A program made the translations under genes and the position numbers. The notes under the pieces were generated by a model. It was not told the origin of the DNA. It saw nothing but the letters and a program-made list of their open reading frames with translations, and did not search any database. From a bacterium (GTDB lineage: Bacteria > CALINM01), in the NCBI GenBank assembly GCA_041640455.1, contig JBEQAF010000034.1, positions 1 to 20,671 on the forward strand: a DNA stretch of 20,671 bases, in the 5' to 3' direction. Numbering within the stretch: position 1 is the first letter of the stretch; each line of letters starts with the position of its first letter. Shown piece by piece: positions 17,450 through 20,671 of this stretch.

Positions 17450-18368
17450 ATGCCTTTTGGTAATTAGCCTTGTTTACCTTTTTTATGGCTGTGCAGCCAG
17501 CCCCAAACCGACTGAGCCGGTAATTATGCCAGAAAAGCCAATAATTACAGAAACTATTAGTCTTGCCGAAGAGATGAAAGAAAATTACAGCAGAAAAAAT
17601 TTTGATGGCATAATAAAAATTTATGAAAAAAGAGAAAAGGAGTTCACTGGCACTGATACTCTAAAACCTGTTATATTATCATATCTTTGGCGTAAAAGCT
17701 TTGACCAGATTGTGAAGATTGCTGAAGAGAAACTTGCGAATATGCCAAATGTAGATGACAGGGAGGTTAATCTCATCGTGGGTATATCCTATTATGAGAA
17801 GGGGCTTTTTGAGGCATCAAGAAGGATTCTTTCTAATCTTTATGAGTCAGGATATAGACATGAGCTTTTAAATATCTATCTTTCACTCATTTTTATGAAG
17901 AAAAATCAGACATCTCTTGCTCTCTCCGTTTCGGCAGAGATAGAAGATCAGTCAAAGAAGAACTATATTCAGGGAAAAATATTCTTTAATGAAGGTAGTT
18001 ATGAGAAAGCCCTCGAAAGATTTAGTAATACATCGGGTTACAAAGACATTGAAGACCATATCATACAATGTTTATATTATCTCGGCAAATATAATGAAAT
18101 TTTAAAGATCTATGAGGAGAAAAAAGTTCAGCTTAACAGGAGAACCGCAGCTGTTATAGCATCGGTGCTTATCAGTAATGGTGATATTAAAAGGGCTGAA
18201 GAGCTTTTAAAAGGACTCCCTGATCAGGAAAAAACAGGTAGTTTTTATAGAAATATCGGGCTCATATATGATATATATTTTGAAGATAAGGAAAAAGCAA
18301 GGGAGCTTTACAATAAATATCTGACAGAGGTTAATGATGAAGAGGTTACTTCCTGGATTGCTAATTAG
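17430..18368 (+). CDS. TPR-repeat lipoprotein (GltE/AglT-like)
   Basis: MKAFINRCLLVISLVYLFYG-C lipoprotein signal, Pro-rich linker, TPRs ending in YRNIGLIYDIYFEDKEKARELYNKYL...EVTSWI. Confidence 0.75.
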   Translation: MKAFINRCLLVISLVYLFYGCAASPKPTEPVIMPEKPIITETISLAEEMKENYSRKNFDGIIKIYEKREKEFTGTDTLKPVILSYLWRKSFDQIVKIAEEKLANMPNVDDREVNLIVGISYYEKGLFEASRRILSNLYESGYRHELLNIYLSLIFMKKNQTSLALSVSAEIEDQSKKNYIQGKIFFNEGSYEKALERFSNTSGYKDIEDHIIQCLYYLGKYNEILKIYEEKKVQLNRRTAAVIASVLISNGDIKRAEELLKGLPDQEKTGSFYRNIGLIYDIYFEDKEKARELYNKYLTEVNDEEVTSWIAN

Positions 18369-18597
18369 TCTGGTTTTTATTTCACAGGTATGGGCACAGG
18401 AGATTATTTACGACTTTGATCTTAAAAAAGGTTTGGAGATAATGGGGGCTGAAGAGAGACCAAGGGTCATATTCCTCATACCGGAGCTTAAAATGCCGCT
18501 GGAGAAAAAACAGATTAATAAAAAATTTATAATCAAAGATAACGTATTTGAAAAAGATTTTGAAAGTTTGGTAAAGGAGGATGGGCAAGATGATTGA
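18337..18597 (+). CDS. Small exported protein (GltF/CglF-like)
   Basis: Signal peptide ending VWA-QE and a GLEIMGAEERPRVIFLIP core; lies between the TPR lipoprotein and ExbB. Start could also be 18334. Confidence 0.6.
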   Translation: MKRLLPGLLISLVFISQVWAQEIIYDFDLKKGLEIMGAEERPRVIFLIPELKMPLEKKQINKKFIIKDNVFEKDFESLVKEDGQDD

Positions 18598-19264
18598 TTT
18601 TATTGGTAGATTTTTCAAAGAGGGCGGCTTCTTTATGTATCCCATAACGCTGCTTTTTGCCTTCGGGATGGCGGTGGTTGTGGAGAGATTCTTTGTATTG
18701 TTCAAAAAGTATAATCTGGATGCCAATAAATATTTCAACTTTGTTGAGCAGAAGATAATAAATAAGGATCTTGATGATGTGGTTAAAAACTCTCCCGATG
18801 CTCCGCTTTCAAACATCTTTAAATTTGGTGTGGATGTGATAAAAAGATGTCAACCCGGAGAAGATAAAACATGTGAGGTTAAAATATTCAAAGGTGAGAG
18901 AAGGGCGTCTGTAGTTATAGAAAAGACCATTGAAGAGATTGCAGCTCTTGAGTTCCCTAAAATAGAGAGAAGGCTTAATTTTCTGCCCACAGTAGCCAAT
19001 CTTTCTACTCTGCTTGGGCTGCTTGGGACACTGCAGGGGCTTATTCAGGCATTCTCATCACTGTCAAATGTAGATCCCTCTCAGAAGGCACAGTTTCTTG
19101 CTCAGGGCATATCGGTTGCAATGAACACCACTGCTTATGGTCTTTTTGTGGCGGTTATTATTCTTTTTATGTATACCATCCTTAATGCAAGAGCTGAAAG
19201 GCTTATGGAAGAGACCGAGTATTATGTGCTCAAGTTTATAAATCTTATTACCATGAGGTATTAA
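18590..19264 (+). CDS. MotA/TolQ/ExbB proton-channel protein (AglR-like)
   Basis: GGFFMYPI..VVVERF, LLGLLGTLQGLIQAF and LAQGISVAMNTTAYGL motifs. AGGAGG at 18575-18580 favours ATG 18590 over 18581. Confidence 0.92.
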   Translation: MIDFIGRFFKEGGFFMYPITLLFAFGMAVVVERFFVLFKKYNLDANKYFNFVEQKIINKDLDDVVKNSPDAPLSNIFKFGVDVIKRCQPGEDKTCEVKIFKGERRASVVIEKTIEEIAALEFPKIERRLNFLPTVANLSTLLGLLGTLQGLIQAFSSLSNVDPSQKAQFLAQGISVAMNTTAYGLFVAVIILFMYTILNARAERLMEETEYYVLKFINLITMRY

Positions 19265-19725
19265 TGCTATATAAAAGATTTAGAAAGGAAAAGAAAAAAG
19301 GCACCTTTCTTCCCATTCTTATTCCTGTAATGAACCTCTTTCTACTAATTTTACCATTTGTGATACAGAATGCCTTCCTTCAAAAGATAGCCTCAATGGA
19401 GCTACAACTGCCTTCCGTTTCAGATTCACCAGCCAATGCTTTCCAGTCTGATGCGGGTAGAGATATTGTCATAGAGATTAAAAGAGAGGGGCTTAGCCTT
19501 TTTTTAGGAGATGCCAGGCATATGAATGTTGACTTTTCGGAAGGATATGAGCAGAGACTTTATAATAAGCTTCTCGAGCTAAAAAATGAGCTACCGAAAA
19601 AACAGGAAATAGTTATTAAAATTGATCCTTTAATTCAGTACGAAAAAGTTATTAAAGTAATAGACATTTGCAAAAGTGAGGGGAAACTTTTCCCCAATGT
19701 GGTTTATTATGATGAGGTGAAGTAA
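19264..19725 (+). CDS. ExbD/TolR family protein 1 (AglQ/S-like), Asn in place of the TM Asp
   Basis: Basic N-terminus, single TM LIPVMNLFLLILPF, LQLP linker, and C-terminal IKIDPLIQYEKVIKVIDI. Confidence 0.85.
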   Translation: MLYKRFRKEKKKGTFLPILIPVMNLFLLILPFVIQNAFLQKIASMELQLPSVSDSPANAFQSDAGRDIVIEIKREGLSLFLGDARHMNVDFSEGYEQRLYNKLLELKNELPKKQEIVIKIDPLIQYEKVIKVIDICKSEGKLFPNVVYYDEVK

Positions 19726-20141
19726 TGGCAAGGTTTTTTAAAAAAAGTTCGAGCTCTATGGAGCTTAATCTTACAAGCCTTATGGATATGTTTACCATAA
19801 TACTCTTTTTCTTTTTATCCGCTTACAGTTTTGAGGGAGTTCTTATGAAGCTTGTGGAGGGGATTACACTGCCCGAAGCAAGGTCTGTTATACCTGTGGC
19901 GGAAAAATTTTATATTGCCGTTGGGAAAGACAGGATTGAGATTTCGGGAAGAACCTACGCTGTTACAGGTAAAGACGATCCCTACATTTTAAGGGAGCTT
20001 AAGGACATTAAACAGAAGGGTAAAAACTATCTGGTAATTCAGGCGGATAAAGACTTACCTTTCTATGTGGCGAGAAATTATATAAGACTGGCTGTTCAGG
20101 CAGGATTTTCCAAACCCTATCTGGCGGTACTCCCAAAATGA
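19725..20141 (+). CDS. ExbD/TolR family protein 2 (AglS-like)
   Basis: ELNLTSLMDMFTIILFFFL TM with the conserved Asp, ITLPEA, and IQADKDLPF...AGF motifs. Confidence 0.9.
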   Translation: MARFFKKSSSSMELNLTSLMDMFTIILFFFLSAYSFEGVLMKLVEGITLPEARSVIPVAEKFYIAVGKDRIEISGRTYAVTGKDDPYILRELKDIKQKGKNYLVIQADKDLPFYVARNYIRLAVQAGFSKPYLAVLPK

Positions 20142-20671
20142 TAAAGGGATTTCTTGTAAAAATCATAGAAGATGGGGAAGAGAAACAGTTAAAGCTGTTA
20201 ACCGCAGAGCTTACCTTAGGTAACAGTTATAAATCTGCTATTCATGTCAAGGAGCTAAACAATCAGGTTATAATAGCCCGGCACAAAGAACACTCTCTTT
20301 CTGTTAAAACTGACGATAATCTGGATATCACAATTTACAAGGATAACAGGTCTTTTCGGGTCTCAGAACTGAAAGATATCATTGATGGCAAAGACTATCT
20401 GGAGCTAAACAAAGATGTAATATGTGAGCTAAAGATTTACGGTAAAAAGATAATTTTTAAAGCACAGGAGTATAAGGAGGAGAAAAAAGGGGTAGCTAAA
20501 CAGTTTCAAAAAAGCTATGTGTCAAAAGAAAATATTAGGTTTATATCTCTTGTTCTTGTTATATCGGCGCTACTTTATAGCTTTATGATTTTTGCAGTTA
20601 TCAGTGCAAAGCCGATCAAACAATCCGCTCTGGTAGATCAAAAGGTTCAGGAAATGGAGATCGATTATAGG
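20138..20671 (+). CDS. Partial bitopic membrane protein with a cytoplasmic beta-rich (degenerate FHA-like) domain; GltG/PglI-like, runs off the right edge
   Basis: Not in the ORF track. ATG overlaps the exbD2 stop (ATGA); open for 178 codons: MIKGFLVKIIEDGEEKQLKLLTAELTLGNSYKSAIHV...RFISLVLVISALLYSFMIFAVISAKPIK... The product call is inferred from architecture and context. Confidence 0.7.
   Translation, partial: MIKGFLVKIIEDGEEKQLKLLTAELTLGNSYKSAIHVKELNNQVIIARHKEHSLSVKTDDNLDITIYKDNRSFRVSELKDIIDGKDYLELNKDVICELKIYGKKIIFKAQEYKEEKKGVAKQFQKSYVSKENIRFISLVLVISALLYSFMIFAVISAKPIKQSALVDQKVQEMEIDYR

Noticed and set aside
8585..18816. Short ORFs nested in or antisense to gap, pgk, the TPR gene and exbB (8585, 8869, 9321, 9785, 15191, 15803, 16219, 16389, 17088, 18382)
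   Set aside because: Shadow or alternate-frame ORFs over conserved genes; no independent evidence.

Overview
AT-rich bacterial chromosomal window, probably from a flagellated anaerobe; the lineage cannot be fixed from sequence alone. Left to right: (1) a 5'-partial methyl-accepting chemotaxis protein gene (missing from the ORF track) behind a near-consensus sigma28 promoter; (2) the NAD-salvage pair pncB-pncA; (3) a divergent stand-alone protoglobin gene with its own promoter and a large terminator hairpin; (4) a CCA-less tRNA-Pro(CGG) followed by plsY; (5) a tightly coupled minus-strand operon moaC / nucleotidyltransferase-fold / TPM / LemA / YacP-like NYN nuclease; (6) gap-pgk-tpiA-secG extended by DUF3786-like and RNase Z-like genes, where the GAPDH has cofactor-site substitutions suggesting NADP use; (7) an operon of at least 8 genes (small exported protein, 1236-aa TPR protein, TPR lipoprotein, small exported protein, one ExbB/TolQ, two ExbD/TolR, and a partial FHA-like/TM protein). 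Cluster 7 resembles the Agl-Glt core machinery and is the best candidate for an uncharacterised system. No CRISPR array, transposase or integrase was seen. All family assignments rest on motif recognition, not database searches.
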